Shown here in pieces: positions 14,545 through 29,528 of a stretch of 64,000 nt of DNA (positions are counted from its first letter, which is position 1; each line of letters opens with the position of its first letter). The DNA lies in the NCBI GenBank assembly GCA_964016885.1, contig OZ024749.1:34038001-34102000 (forward strand), in the 5' to 3' direction. Position numbers and translations under genes: made by a program. The notes beneath the pieces were generated by a model. That model did not search any database. It saw nothing but the letters and a program-made list of their open reading frames with translations, and had not been told where the DNA came from. The stretch comes from Eledone cirrhosa. Taxonomy: Eukaryota.

Positions 14545-14622
14545 CAGAGTGTCCCAAAAAATTGTATACACTTTTCAACAACCTTATAATCAATGTGAGT
14601 ATACATTTTTGGGTACACCCTG
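14545..14622. mobile_element. Tc1/mariner-type MITE
   Basis: TIR cagagtgtcccaaaaa / tttttgggtacaccctg with TA on both sides. Confidence 0.8.
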
Positions 14623-14932
14623 TATCCCCCACTCACCCCAAGCGTGAAGCTAATAATACTATGTACTATTGACTCCTGCGTTTATTTGTCCTTTTGAACT
14701 ATATATATGTGTGTGTGTGTGTGTCTGTGTGTGTGCGTGTGCGTGTGTGTGTATGTGTGCATGTGCGTGTGCGTGTGTCTGTGTGTGTCTGTGTGCGTGT
14801 GCGTGTGCGTGTGTGCGTGTGTGTGTGTGTGTGTCTGTGTGTCTGTGTAAAAGGTAAACAGAAATAACAAAGCAAACGACACAGATATGGAAGGAATATA
14901 TTAGTTTAACGCTTGAAATAGCAGGAAAACAG

Positions 14933-14968
14933 TCTTAACGTTTCGGACGACAATCCTTCATCAGACGA
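14933..14968 (-). ncRNA. Minimal hammerhead, family E
   Basis: Minus strand CTGATGA-a gga ttgtcg tcc-GAAA-cgTT-aaga; element 3' end at ~14850 joins a (CA)n-rich tract. Confidence 0.75.
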
Positions 14969-15336
14969 AAGAATGAGAAATTAAAGAAGAAATACACCGA
15001 TTGAGGAGACGGTTAGAGCGGGAACGGAAAAAATATTTAGAGAAAAATAAAAGGTCCATTCATGTTGCCATCTCTTGGAAAATTGTTGATGGTGGCATCT
15101 TGTGTGTGTATATATATTAATATATATATATACTACTATTGTGTGTGTATATATAAATATATATATACATACTACCAATACAACTACTGCTGTTGCTGTC
15201 ACTACTATTACCACCACCACCACCACTACTACTACAAATACTGCTACTGCTACGTGTTATATAGTATATAGTGACATGTTTGAATTAGTTGTACAGCTAA
15301 CAAAGACCAGCAGCAGCAATAGTAGTAGTAGTAGTC

Positions 15337-15400
<64 letters not shown>

Positions 15401-16305
15401 CATTATTACTACTACTACTACTACTACAAGTCTTTTGTAGAATACAACTAATTTCAACATGTCACTATATACAATATAACATATTCAATGTGACACCATC
15501 TCAACATCTCACCATTTTATTTGTTTTTGGTTACCGTGGGTGGTGAGTAGTGTTATGTTTTATATTTTCAGTTAACTCTTTGTAGGTTTTCCTCTTTAAA
15601 AACTATTTATGGCTTCTAAATTCTTTACACTGAAATTTCTAAAGATAAAAATACAACTAAATGCTTGGGAAAGCTTTACTTTGCAATATCAGCGGCGCTC
15701 ATCTTAGTTCGTTGCTTGTTAGCATTTCAATGAAATTATTTCTAACATCAGGTCTCTTTGTATGAGAATTATATATTTCGTTGAAAAGAGTTACATTTAA
15801 TTATCAATCTTTTGGGCTTTTTTTTTTTATTTTACAGTAATTATTGTTTCTATAGAGTTGCTGGTTTTGTTTGTTGTTTTTTTACCAAAAGCCCTCAAAA
15901 ATATCTTTACAATGGATTTAGTAATAAGCAGTAAGAAATTGCGAAATATTAATATATAACAAAAATGTTTTGCTTCTCGTAATTTTCTAAATATTCTGCT
16001 TCTATTTCGTTCAGAATTTTACAGTATTTATGTTTCTATAGAGGTTTTTATTTGTTTACTCTCTTTTACTCTTTTACCTGTTCCAGCCATCCGGCTGAGG
16101 CCATGCTGGAGCACCGCCCTTGTTTGTTGTTATTGTTTTTTTTTTACCGAAAACCGTGAAAGAAATCTTTACTGCAATGGATTTAGTAATAAGCATTAAG
16201 AAATTACGAAATATTGATACATAGCAAAAATATTTCGCTTCCCGTAATTTTCTGAATATTCTACTATTTCGTTCAGAAGTATATCTATGCAATAACTTAC
16301 TCTGT

Positions 16306-16341
<36 letters not shown>

Positions 16342-16808
16342 AGGTCCCGGGTTCGATCCCACTGCGTGACATCTTGTTCATATGTTTTCTCCATTGCCTC
16401 GGGTTGACCCAAGCCTTGTTACTGAAATTGGATCGATGGAAACTGTCTGGTAGTCGTCGAATCTATTGCACCTGTAATTCCCAGATTTTGTCAAATATTC
16501 TACAAAGGTTCTCAAAATACCAGTAACATACTCGGTCGATTTAATCGACTTTCTCCTCTCCAAAAATTGTTGGCCTTGTGCTTAAATCAGAATTCATTAT
16601 GATGTTTACTCGTTGCTGAGGGTTGGATCTCTGTTCTCGAAACTGGTCTTTCATATACTTTTTCCATATCATAATGAGGATTTTTCCACCTCGATCTTCT
16701 GTTCTTGAATCACCTATTTACTCTCCTATCCAAGTCCAATCCAGTAAAATAGAACATGGTAGAACTAGCCACAAATATATGATATATCTAGTATTAAGCG
16801 AGCCATTA

Positions 16809-17003
16809 CAGATCTGCCAATCTCTAAAAACCTAAACGGTGAATATCATGAAAAAATGTGCCCCAAAATGCAGAGAAATGAGGCAAAATGAGGAGATTTT
16901 ACATAATGAAAGCTATACCTACTTTCACAAGAGAAGACATCTCTTACCCACCCCAATGTGGGTAGGAGATCTCCCCGTCCGACGGGGGAAGTTGACAGAT
17001 CTG
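16809..17003. mobile_element. Probable hAT-type MITE
   Basis: TIR cagatctgccaa / ttgacagatctg; internal sequence recurs at ~17190-17335 and ~40795-40896 (reverse); TSD not clear. Confidence 0.65.
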
Positions 17004-17373
17004 AATTGAAATTCGTAATAAATGAGAAACAACTAAACTAAGAATGAAAACAATGACAAAAAAATAAGGCGAAGGTTATGAGAGTTTTCTTGATAGCTAT
17101 CAGTACACAGATTAAAGTTTAAGCAAAGAATCACTGCTTTCACCCTTAACGGGATTCGTCCGGCATGAGACCACATATATTGCCCCAAAATAGTGCCCCA
17201 AAATGCGGAGAAATGAGGCAAAATGGGGAGATTGTACATAATGAAAGCTATACCCATTTTCACAAAATCGTAGAGACGGGGAGAAATAAGCGAAAACAAG
17301 GAAATCTCCCCGTCATACAGTGAGGGTTGACAGGTCTACCCTTATCAAAATAAATGTACCTAGAATTTAGTTA

Positions 17374-17462
17374 TTGGGTCGTTAAGTATAAAATGGTATG
17401 AAATTTGTAGAAATGTGTCTTTTTTCTACAAATTTCTACAATTTTCATACTTGACGACCCAA
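17374..17462. mobile_element. Palindromic Tc1/mariner-type MITE
   Basis: ttgggtcgttaagtat / atacttgacgacccaa flanked by TA; copies at 42161-42236 and 47967-48044. Confidence 0.8.
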
Positions 17463-17688
17463 TACTTTCGCTGTAGACATTAATTATCAAACGATAGATA
17501 CGTTTGGTTGTTTTTGATCTTTTCTTGCAAAAAAAATCAAGCATGGACATTTATAAAATAAGTTTGGGGCGGAATTTGTTTATGTTTTCTCAATAAAATA
17601 TTTAATCGAACATGTAATATTTACGTTCGTTAAATTGATTAATAGGTAGAAGAGTTAATGTTTTTTTACAAATGGGTTAGAGATTAAT

Positions 17689-18750
17689 GAGAGAGAGAGA
17701 GGGAGAGAGAGGGAGAGAGAGAGAGAGAGAGGGAGAGAGAGAGAGAGAGAAAAGAATATATAAATCAATTAGATGATGTAGGTATAATGTAGGTAGTGAT
17801 TTATCGATGTCTAGTTATGTCTCTTTAGGAGGGGGGTTAGAAAAGAGACAACAAACAAAAAAGCAATAAAACAGATATATAATATAGGTAAAAAAAAACG
17901 ATAATAAAATCTAATAGAGAGGAGGGAGAGATGAGGAGGAGAGGGGAGGATGAGAGGAGGGAGGGGAGAGGGGGAGGAGAGAGGAGGGAAAGAAAGAAAG
18001 GAAAAATGAAAACCTGATAGAGAGGGGGGAGTGAGGGAGAGTGAGAGAGAGGGGGAGATAGGGGGGAGCGAGAGAGGGGGGACATGGAGGGGGGAGATAG
18101 GGGAAGCTAGAGAGGGGGGACAGAGAGGGGGGAGAGAGAGGGGAAGCGAGAGAGGGGGGACAGAAAGGGGGAGAGAGGGGGGACAGAGAGGAGGAACAGA
18201 GAGGGGGAAGAGAGAGGAGGGACAGAGAGGGGGAAGAGAGGGGAGGGACAGAGAGGGGGAAGAGAGAAAAGAAAAAAGAAAATCTGATAGAGAGGGAGGA
18301 GAATGAAAGGATGGAAAGAAAGAGAGGAAGACAGAAAATGGGAGGGATGAAAGAAAGAAACAAAAAAACAATGAAAATGAGTAAGAGAGATTTAAAGAGA
18401 TAAATATTTATGTAGAGAGATTGAAGGAGAAAGAAAGAGAAAACAAAAACGTAAGACAAAAAGAAAGAAGGGAAAATAAAGGGAGAGAAAGAAATTTAAA
18501 GGGACGAATAGAAAGAGATGGTGTGCATAAGAGGAAGTGAGAGGTTTTTGAGAGAGAGAGAAAGAGAGAGAGAAAGGAAGACAGAAAGAGAGACGGAAAG
18601 AAAGAAAAAGAGAAGGAAAGAAAGAAAGAAAGAAAGAAAGAAAGGAAGACAGAAAGAGAAAAGGAAAGAAAGAGAGAAAGACAGAAAGAGAGAAGGAAAG
18701 AAAGAAAGACAGAAAGAGAGAAGGAAAGAAAGAAAGAAAGACAGAAAGAG

Positions 18751-18820
<70 letters not shown>
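17689..18820. repeat. GA-rich, (GA)n and (GAAA)n purine tract
   Basis: Directly visible. Confidence 0.9.
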
Positions 18821-18821
<1 letters not shown>

Positions 18822-19039
18822 CTGTGTGTGTATGGATATAAAAGCAAAAATCTAATTGACTGTTGATATCCAGCAATATATATAAATTTTCCTATTTTAT
18901 CGATATTTTACGAAGCTAAATTCATGTAATTATTAAGAAGTGAAAAATTAGATGAAAGAATATAAAATGGAAAGACTTAGATAACTGTGTCTGCTTTAGT
19001 CCGTTTAGTTGGATAAATAGGTAAGGGCACAAACGGGAG

Positions 19040-19206
19040 GATTGGAGGGTCGGACGCCATGTTTTGCAGCATAGTTACGTCCCTTTACGATCTGAGTTCA
19101 AATCTCGCCGAGGTTGACTTTGCCTTTCATCCTTATGGGGTCGATAAAATAAAGTACCAGTAATGCACTGGGTTATTGCTGGCCTTGTGCCTAAAGTAGA
19201 AACAAT

Positions 19207-19207
<1 letters not shown>
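19040..19207 (+). mobile_element. SINE S1 copy
   Basis: Matches 1910-2089; 3' end runs into (TA)n(GA)n. Confidence 0.85.
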
Positions 19208-19279
<72 letters not shown>

Positions 19280-19367
19280 GGGGAAAGAAAAGAGAGAGTC
19301 TTTTTCCTTTCTTTCTTTCCCTCCTCTCTCTCCCCTCTCTCTATCCCCCTCGCTCTCTCTCTCTCTA

Positions 19368-19550
19368 GGTGTGGTAAGGAACCAGATGGACCATAACGCA
19401 CCAGAGAACTCAATACTTAGGGTAGTAGGAAAATGTTTTGACCCCGACGGCAGAGCTCAAGCCGTTTAGACGGCTATTTCTGGACTCCTGAGTCCAGAAA
19501 TAGTCGTCGAAACGGTTTGAGCTCTGCCGTCGGGGTCAAAACATGTTCCT
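19368..19550. mobile_element. Family A head-to-head inverted pair
   Basis: Arms meet at tttctggactcctgagtccagaaa; the short arm ends at ttcctat|(AT)n. Confidence 0.85.
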
Positions 19551-20011
19551 ATATATATATACATGTATGTATGTATTTAGGATAGAACTGGTCATTCCGT
19601 ATAGTCAACCATGATGTTATAATTAGAAAAAAGTATTCGACGTTATGCAACTCATCCATCTTCGATGTTGAATCTTGTTGATGGTGCGAAAACGCAGTTA
19701 ATTATTATTGAGTGTGTGTTCGCGTTTGAGTGTATGTGTTTTTGTATTCTATCTTTGTTCACTGTGTGTGTGTTTATATGTGTTTGTTGTTAACAACAAA
19801 CACATAAATACACACTATATATATATATATTTATATCTGTATTTTTAACCGCTGGTGAATCAATGATAAACATTGATTGCCAAATAAATTAACTATGGAG
19901 ATATAAAAGATACAGAAGTGAAAACCAACCAAACAGTGAGTGTGTTCTGTTATTATTTCTGGCAATATTATAACAATATGACCCTACCCAAGTATAACAA
20001 AATATATATAT

Positions 20012-20172
20012 AAGGAATTGTGATAAGGAACCGGATGGAACATAACGCACCAGAGTACTCAATACTTAGGGTAGTAGAGTGGGTAATAGGAAAAGGTATG
20101 ACCCCGACGTGTCTGGACAGAAATAGCCGTCGAAACGGCTTGAGCTCTGCCGTCGGGGTCATACCTTTTCCT
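20012..20172. mobile_element. Family A inverted pair with internal deletion
   Basis: Same family sequence in both orientations between (TA)n tracts. Confidence 0.8.
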
Positions 20173-20244
20173 ATATATATATAGAGAGAGAGAGAGAGAA
20201 GTTTATGAAATGGAAATGCGGGTATAAAGAGTTTATTAGGTAAC

Positions 20245-20285
<41 letters not shown>

Positions 20286-20355
20286 AAAAATTTAACGGGA
20301 ACAAAACAGAGAGGCAGTACGAACAAAGGTTTATCAGTTTCACGCTCTTGAGAGT

Positions 20356-20416
<61 letters not shown>

Positions 20417-20640
20417 TGAGGTTGTGAGTTCGTTTATCGGACCAAGCAGATGAAAATATAGAAAGCATTGTCCTCCTCCTCTATCAATCTTTCCTGTATT
20501 TCATCTGCCTGTCACCCACCTTGTGGATTGTCTCTCTCTGTTGACCGCTGGCCTCTTTCCGCTGAGGCATTTTTGCTCATTGCTGCCTTTGACGGCATTT
20601 AACTGTTTTAACAGCTGTTCTAGAGATGAGTTTTCTCCAT

Positions 20641-20671
<31 letters not shown>

Positions 20672-21051
20672 GTGAGGTTTTTTTTTACAAAATGAAAAAT
20701 AACCGAGGTGTCCTACACGAGTGAAAGTATAAAGAAAAAAAGATGAAATCGAAAATGCAACTGGAGTCTTATTTTTAAAAAAATATCTATATTTATTTGG
20801 TTCCTTTACTGGTTTCGCAGTTCTTCTGCTTTTCAAAAGTAGAGTCTGTGATATATATATATACATAAGCAGGTATATTTGAGCCTTATTTACAAACCAA
20901 AGAAGGAATTTTCTTTCAGCTTTGCTAATCCTTATGCATACAATTTATATATATATATATATATATATATATCCGGATGACTTCCAAAAACAATGGTTGC
21001 ATTTTAATAGGGTACGTCAAAGCTTATTTGTAAAACTGTTTATATATTGTA

Positions 21052-21112
21052 TTTTGTCTGATGAAGGCATACCATAATTTAATTTGGTATCCCTGAAATA
21101 TGTATAATGAAA
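21052..21112 (+). ncRNA. Minimal type I hammerhead, family B
   Basis: ttttgt-CTGATGA-agg c atacca taatttaatt tggtat c cct-GAAA-tatgta-TA-atgaaa. Confidence 0.8.
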
Positions 21113-21154
21113 TAAATATGGTTTTATAAATATAGTTTCCATTTATTAATATCG

Positions 21155-21191
<37 letters not shown>

Positions 21192-21206
21192 ATATATATA
21201 TATATG

Positions 21207-21241
<35 letters not shown>

Positions 21242-21332
21242 CAACGAAGGTGTGGTAAGGCACCAGGTGGACCATAACGCTCCAGAGTACTCCGTTCGAA
21301 TCTAGCTATATATATTATATATATATATATTA

Positions 21333-21387
<55 letters not shown>

Positions 21388-21490
21388 AAAAGTGTCAAGA
21401 CCCCGACGGCTGAGCTTCGTCCGTTTCGACAACTAGATCCGAACGGAGTACTCTGGTACGTTATGGTCCACCTGGTATCTTACTATATAT

Positions 21491-21706
21491 ACGGGCGAAA
21501 CCAACAGGTAGGAGGCCTAGGGGTAGACACCGAGCAAGATGGGTGGATGACATACATGAGCTTGGCTGGTCACGCTTGGGGATCCAGCCGGATCAGTTGG
21601 CGACAGTTGCTTCTGACAGGACCCTCTGGACGGGAAGTGTTTGAGCACTCTGTCCTCACGCCCCTTCCAGAGCAAGAAGAAGAAGAAGAAGAAGAAGAAG
21701 AAGAAG
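21491..21706 (+). mobile_element. 3' end of an RTE-clade LINE with (GAA)n tail
   Basis: Translates with a frameshift as AKPTGRRPRGRHRARW..DIHELGWSRLGIQPDQLATVASDRTLW, matching the RTE C-terminal GRRPRGR.R.RW...A.DR..W pattern; related copy at ~58020-58220. Confidence 0.75.
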
Positions 21707-22572
21707 ATCTAGGGAAGTCTTCATATATAGGGAAGAGGAAGTAGTGATATATATGGAAGAGCGGAGTAGTGATATGTAGGGAAAGGGGAGGTAGTGATAT
21801 ATATAGGGAAGAGGAAGTAGTGACATATATAGGGAAGGGAACTTTTCATATATAGATGAGTTTTTCAAAGGTATCTAAAGGAGGAGGAATTTATGAGAAT
21901 ATTTCATAATTAGTTGGGTTCGATAATATAGAATATCATCGCAATTTTTAAAGAATTACCGATAATTTATTATCGGAAATTCGATATTTTCTATTAGAGA
22001 CTGTGGATAAAATTTCAGCAACTCAGCAAAGAGGTTAATATGTTGGATATGTAGGACAGATCCGGTAGAGTCCATTGTGAAGACCACTACGCCGCCTTCT
22101 TTCTACTATGGGGGCTGTGGGAAACGAAGTTGTGTGGTAAAAATAATGCAAACGGCTGATGTCAGATACTTTTTCAAATATTTCTTGATCTTGAAAGGGA
22201 GGAAACTAAGGGCAGAGAGTGATGTTCTGCCTACCAGCAAATTTGTTGAAAGGTAAATGGATGAACAGGGTCCAAGTAAACGGGTTCTGTTTTGAGTATT
22301 TAGCCGTAGATTGGAAGAGGACAAGAAGGGGTAGACATTGGCCATAGTCGTGAGAGTGACAGCTGCCTGGGTGAGTTTTACGAGAGTTTCTTTACGTTTT
22401 CATATAAACCTACACTGTATCGTCCAGTACCTTCCTCAAACTCTATGTAAAGAAATCATTATAACAGACTACTACTACCACCACCACCACTACTACCACT
22501 ACCACCACTACTACCACTACCACCACCACCACCACTATTACTAGTACTACCACAACCACCACTACTAATAAT

Positions 22573-22743
22573 AATTGCTTCTACTTTTGGCACAAGGCCA
22601 GCAATCACCCCAGTGCATTACTGGTACTTTATTTTATCGACCCCGTAACGATGAACGGCAAAGTTAACCTCAGCGGGATTTGAACTCAGACCGTAAAGGG
22701 CCGTAACTCTATGCTGCAAAGCATGGCGTCTGACCCTCTACCG
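22573..22743 (-). mobile_element. SINE S1 copy
   Basis: Reverse complement of the S1 sequence. Confidence 0.85.
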
Positions 22744-23131
22744 TAATAATTAAAATACCATCACTACCACCACCATTAATATCACCACTTCTACTACTAT
22801 TACTACTACTAATACCATCACTACCACCACCACCAATATTACTAATACCACTACCACCACCACTACCACAACTACTACTACTACTACTACTATAATACCA
22901 CCAATACCACCGCTACTACTACTACTACTATTACTACTACTATTACTACCACTACTACTAGGAAATGTTCTAGAGCTTACGAGACGTAATTGAAATTGTG
23001 GTTGTATTAAAGGTAAAAACCAAAGAAAAAATAGAATTAATTATAGGTAGTTTTATAATCTCTGTTGCAGAGATTGGTGGACAAGATAAACAGGAATTAT
23101 ATCTTCGTCTGGGAGAGTGCATATATATATA

Positions 23132-23500
23132 TACGATATTAACAAATGGTAACTATATTTATAAAACCATATTTATTTCATTATACATATTTCAAGGACA
23201 CCAAGTTAAATTATGGTGTGCTTTCATCAGACAAAATATAATATAGATCAGTTTTATAAATAAAGGGTATGTCAATATTTATTTATAAAACTGATCTATA
23301 TTATATATTGTCTGATGAAAGCACACCATAATTTAACTCGGTGTCCTTGAAATATGTATAATGAAATAAATATGGTTTTATAAATATAGTTTCCATTTGT
23401 TAATATCGTATGTTTACTCCAAATACTTGTTGAGTGCTTTATATCAGTTATAAACATATTTGCTTGTTGTATCCCAACAATTTAAATAGAACTTTTGCAT
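23132..23500. mobile_element. Family B head-to-head inverted pair, one HHR per arm
   Basis: Minus arm 23132-23263 and plus arm 23277-23500; CTGATGA at 23312-23318 and GAAA at 23349-23352; (TA)n on both flanks. Confidence 0.85.
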
Positions 23501-23684
23501 ATATATAGATATACTTTAACTTTAATTATATCTCATAAAATAATACAACTGGTTTTTCCACATTATACATATTGTTAGCACCCCAAACACTTAAATTGGG
23601 TTTATATTTTAATATAACCTAATGTTTGTTGAGTGAGATGGTTACCAGTCAGAGTTTAGCTTTAAACTATCTCTGTTATTGTAT

Positions 23685-23720
<36 letters not shown>

Positions 23721-23881
23721 CAAGTTATCAATAATGTAGTGATAATATATCGTCACGTTAGAGATGAACAGCGTACGTGTAGGTTTGCTCAACGAGTATA
23801 AATTATATTCCGGAGAAAATATAGAAAAGATGAATATAAAATGAAAGTGCTTTTATAAAGGAATTTATTTGGTATACATAT

Positions 23882-23928
<47 letters not shown>

Positions 23929-24029
23929 TATATATATATACACACATATATATACACACATATATATATACATACTTATATATATATATATATATATATA
24001 CAAGCAGAGCACACTAGAAATATATATTA

Positions 24030-24215
24030 TTGGATTGGCAAGTATTGGTAGAGGGTCGGACGCCATGCTTTGACGTATAGAGTTACGGCCCTTTCCATTC
24101 TGAGTTCAAATCTCGCCAAAGTTAACTTTGCCTTTCATCCTTACGATGTCGATAAAATAAAGTACCAGTAATGTACTGGATAATTGCTGGCCTTGTGCCA
24201 AAAGTAGAAACAATT
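24030..24215 (+). mobile_element. SINE S1 copy (another partial copy at 24345-24467)
   Basis: Match to S1. Confidence 0.85.
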
Positions 24216-24464
24216 ATATATATAGTTTTGGTATTTTGACATCGTGTCCCTGCTAGTTCTATATATATATATATATATTATGAGATACAACCGGTCCCGG
24301 CCTTGATAAATATGCTGGATCCGTCAACTCTTTATTATATATAATCCCGCGAGGTTGACTTTGCCTTTCATCCTTACGGGGTCGATAAAATAAAGTACAA
24401 GTAATGCACTGGGTAATTGCTGGGTAATTGCCTTGGGTAATTGCCTTGTGCCTAAACTAGAAAC

Positions 24465-24512
<48 letters not shown>

Positions 24513-24691
24513 AACTGTATCTCAGTATATTGATACGTGAATGTATTTGGATGTGTGTAAATGTGTTTGTGTATGCGTAAATCTGTGTGTTTCTGTGTGT
24601 TTCTGTGTGTGTATGTATGTATATATATATATATAAATATGTATGTGTCTTTGTGCATATATGTACATGTGTCTATGTATTTGTGTGTGTG

Positions 24692-24722
<31 letters not shown>

Positions 24723-25639
24723 ATGTGTGTGTGTGTGTGTATGCGTTTCTTGGCAAACAAACATTGAGAAAGAAAAACTAGAGAAAATGTAATCGCATGT
24801 AGTTGAATATGTTATCTCCCCAGCTAAACTACTTATGTAGTTTTATCTTGTGTTTGCTTTTCACAGCAAGAAATGAGAGAAGCTTTACACGTATTGATAG
24901 TAACATTTATATAATATACAACGGAAAAATTATAATATACATTGGAGGGAAAGTAAAATAAAACATCTATTTGCAATAAGATAAACCAACGGGGCCAGTA
25001 CATGAGTGTATTGAATCTATGAACCAATTTCGATTCTGGATTACAGCAATTTTTAAAAATATTTCCATGGTTAATATAAGGCGCTGAATTGGCTGAGTCG
25101 TTAGAACGTCGGATAGAATGCTTTGCGGTACTCGTTTCGATTCTCTGCTCTCTGAGTTCAAGTCGCGCCGAGGTCAACTTTGTCTTTCATCCATTCGAGG
25201 TCGATAAAAAAAACTACAAATCTAGTACGCGAGTCATTTTTCCTCTATATCTCTTTCTGACCTCAATCTCTCTCTCTCTCTCTCTCTCTGGACTAAAATC
25301 TGCTGTATTCAGACCTGGAGAGGAAATGGGCTCCGTCAGACTTTAAAATGCCTTAGAGACGCCGTATATCAATACAACGCACCGACAACTTTATCAGATG
25401 TTAAGGGACCAAGCATGTGTGCATACATGGTTAATGTAGACAACGAATTGGTGGAGTCGTTAAAATGCTGAAACGCTTTGTGGTATTCATTGCGGCCCCA
25501 CTGCGTCCTCAGTTCAACTTTGCCTTTCATCCTTTCAGGGTCAATAAAAAAAGGACCACTCCAGTAATGTGATTGATTTCATCTCTATTTCTTCTCATTT
25601 CCAATTTCTTCCTTTCTATACACGTTCAATTTCATACCT

Positions 25640-25826
25640 ATTGATTGGCAGTATCGGCAGAAGGTTGGACGCCATGCTTTGCAGCATAGAGTTATGGCCC
25701 TTTATGGTCTGGGTTCAAATCCCGCCGAGGTTAACTTTGCCTTTCATCCTTACGGGGTCGATAAAATAAAGCACCAGTAATGCACTGGTATAACTGCTGG
25801 CCTTGTGCCAAAAGTTGAAACAATTA
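25640..25826 (+). mobile_element. SINE S1 copy (more diverged relatives at 25080-25215 and 25440-25570)
   Basis: Match to S1. Confidence 0.85.
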
Positions 25827-26785
25827 TAATTGGAGGTACCAAATATGTACCTGTCCATCTGAACTGAACATGGAATTTTTGAGAACGAATGCATTTCCAT
25901 ACTTTATAAGTTACATATGGCCACGATATCTGGAACCTTCAAAAACTGTAAAACTTTCTCGAGATTCAAAGGAGAAATGATTGTAGAAACCATGACAGAA
26001 ATTTCCTTTTCTTTACAAGCTTGCCGCCGGAAAGGTGTCCGGTCAAAAATAAACTCGAAATTTGGAGGCAAACATACACACACACACACGCATTAGATAT
26101 ATACATACATATATTCACATTACATTTATGTTATACATATACATTTTTCGATACACAGGACATTAGTGGAAACATTCAAATCAAAGAAACACAAAATTTC
26201 CAGCGAATGTAATGTAAATATAATAAATCCGGAATTGGCGAAATAATGCGTAAAATATGCATCGATGTGGAATAGTTGTGATTGGCATATGTTAACAATG
26301 CGAACATTTCCCAGAATATCAACCCGGACAACAATATTTAATAACATGTTTCTCTCATCCTTTTGCTCCAATAATCTTATATATTCTGGACTCACGTTTA
26401 TGTCTATAATTATCGGTGCTGCTTTCGCTTGTTTTAAAACAGGATTGATAAGAAATTTTGAAAAGATGAGGTTGTAAACGGCATTGAAAATGATGAGAAA
26501 ATGATGCTAAATTTCTGATAAATATGAAAACGAGGGACAAATATTACGCATGATATGTCTTTTTATTTTTCTTATGGTTTCTCTAATTGCTGTGATTCCA
26601 CATATATGCTGTTTGTCTGAATTCCAATGAGAGAATGATACCCCTATATAAAATATAGTTCTGCTTTAATATAATATATGTATGTATGTATGTATGTATG
26701 CTCGCATGTATATATGTATGCTTGTATGTATGTATGTATGTATAAAGAATAGAGAGAATATGACTTGTGCTTATGTGTATATATG

Positions 26786-26824
<39 letters not shown>

Positions 26825-26948
26825 TGAAAGGATAACAAGGACTATTGATTACTCCTTCATTGCATTTATTGGTAAATGATGAACCCGGGCGAACCTTCAG
26901 TAACCCCAAGTTACACCCCCTGGGTATATATATATGTATATATATATG

Positions 26949-27123
<175 letters not shown>

Positions 27124-27138
27124 GTATATATATATATG

Positions 27139-27341
<203 letters not shown>

Positions 27342-27529
27342 GTATATATATAAATTATTAAAAAAATAATGAATAAACAAAGAAACAGTTCCTTATATTA
27401 AACAAAAAAAGTTCATTATTTTACGATCGTTCTAGGACATATATGTGTTATAATTGGTATGCATATTCAAAAGATCTATGTACAAAATTATACAAACTAT
27501 CAAAGAGAATATACATACCTTCACATATA

Positions 27530-27589
<60 letters not shown>

Positions 27590-27678
27590 TGAAAACACAA
27601 ATATTATTGCACGATGATGTTTGTTTTTGAAATGCGCATAATAAAATACATGGAACTCCTTTAACCATCTTTTGATCT

Positions 27679-27713
<35 letters not shown>

Positions 27714-27831
27714 ACAAGATAAGCAGAACAAGTAAAATTCAACCAATTTTTCAAAATAAATCAAAATTAATATACAATTAAAATTAATCAAAATTTAAAA
27801 ATATAATATAAATATTTACCTATTCAAATGG

Positions 27832-27909
27832 CCCTAACTGTACAGTTTCACTTTGCAAAACATTAAATATCACGAGGATATTAATGGAAAAGCAACGATC
27901 ATCAGAGAA
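27832..27909 (-). ncRNA. Hammerhead, family G (element ~27712-28010)
   Basis: Minus strand ttct-CTGATGA-long stem II-GAAA-ctgtacag-TT-aggg; palindromic stem III actgtacagt. Confidence 0.7.
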
Positions 27910-28010
27910 GTATTTTCCTGTCCTAGGGTTAAAAACCCCAGGAACGACAAAATATATAACCTCACTCCAACTAATACAGGTCTAAAAGGTCGTAAAGTGA
28001 CCCGTAAATA

Positions 28011-28082
<72 letters not shown>

Positions 28083-28439
28083 GTATGTATATATATATAT
28101 GTATGTATGTATATATATATGTATGTATGTATATATATATATATATGTCAGGTCACCAGTTGGTGCTACTGGTGATTGGGGAAAATCGACTAATTTTTAA
28201 ATTGCATTTGTGATAATATTTTACACGTTTTTATTGTATGTAAACTTCCCCCTTTGTACTTGACCCCTTCTTGTGGCCCCTGTGGCTAATAAAGAAACAT
28301 ATATGTTCAAATGTCAACATTAAGTATGATTTTTATTCAATTTCAAGTGAAGGTTTGTGACTTAATGATTAGAATGTTGGATTTATGATCAAATTCAGAT
28401 TATATATATATACCAAACCAGCTTCCTACCTTAATGGTC

Positions 28440-28596
28440 GCTCATATTTATGGTACGTCAAAATTATTTATAAAACTGTTTATATATTGTATTTTATCTG
28501 ACGAAGGCATGCCATATTTTTAATATGGTATCCCCGAAATATTTATAATGAAATAAATATGGTTTTATAAATATAGTTTCCATTTGTTTAATATCG

Positions 28597-28598
<2 letters not shown>
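28440..28598 (+). mobile_element. Family B copy with HHR (CTGACGA at 28498-28504)
   Basis: Aligns with 20995-21155 and ends in (TA)n. Confidence 0.8.
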
Positions 28599-28629
<31 letters not shown>

Positions 28630-28856
28630 ATACTTGGGGAAGGTCATATTTGTGTAATATTGCCAGAATTAATAACAGAACACACTCACTGTTTGGTTGG
28701 TTTTCGCTTCTCGCGATGTGTCTTTTATATCGGTAATCTAATTTATTCGGTCCTCAATGTTGCCATTGACTGACCAACGGTCAAAAATAATATAACAATA
28801 TTTGTTTCGACACATGATTTCATATCAAAAACCTCGCAAAACTAATTCATCGCCGT

Positions 28857-28962
<106 letters not shown>

Positions 28963-29190
28963 TTACCGTAAGTACACACACACACACACACAGCGCTACT
29001 GGTACATGTAATCCAGTACAACCTGTGCATAGTCCATGGTCGGGTCGTGCAAAGACTTTCCTTACTTAAAGAAGCGTCAAACACAGGCACCGCTTGATAT
29101 GTGACATGTTTTCCCACGGTTCTAAAAACCCACTTCCGTGATGCTAATGCTTAAGTATCAAGCGATGGCATTAATCGAAATCGAATTGCA

Positions 29191-29262
<72 letters not shown>

Positions 29263-29278
29263 ATATATATATATATAT

Positions 29279-29444
29279 AACGAAAGAGGTGTGGTAAGGA
29301 ACCAGATGGACCATAACGCACCAGAGTACTCAATACTTAGGGTAGTAGAGTGGGTAATAGGAAAACGTTTAACTCCGACAGTAGAGCTCAAGCCGTTTCG
29401 AAGACTATTTCTGGACTAGTCCAGAAATAGCCGTTAAACATTTT

Positions 29445-29448
<4 letters not shown>
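29279..29448. mobile_element. Family A inverted pair
   Basis: Junction tttctggactagtccagaaa; (TA)n on both flanks. Confidence 0.85.
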
Positions 29449-29528
<80 letters not shown>

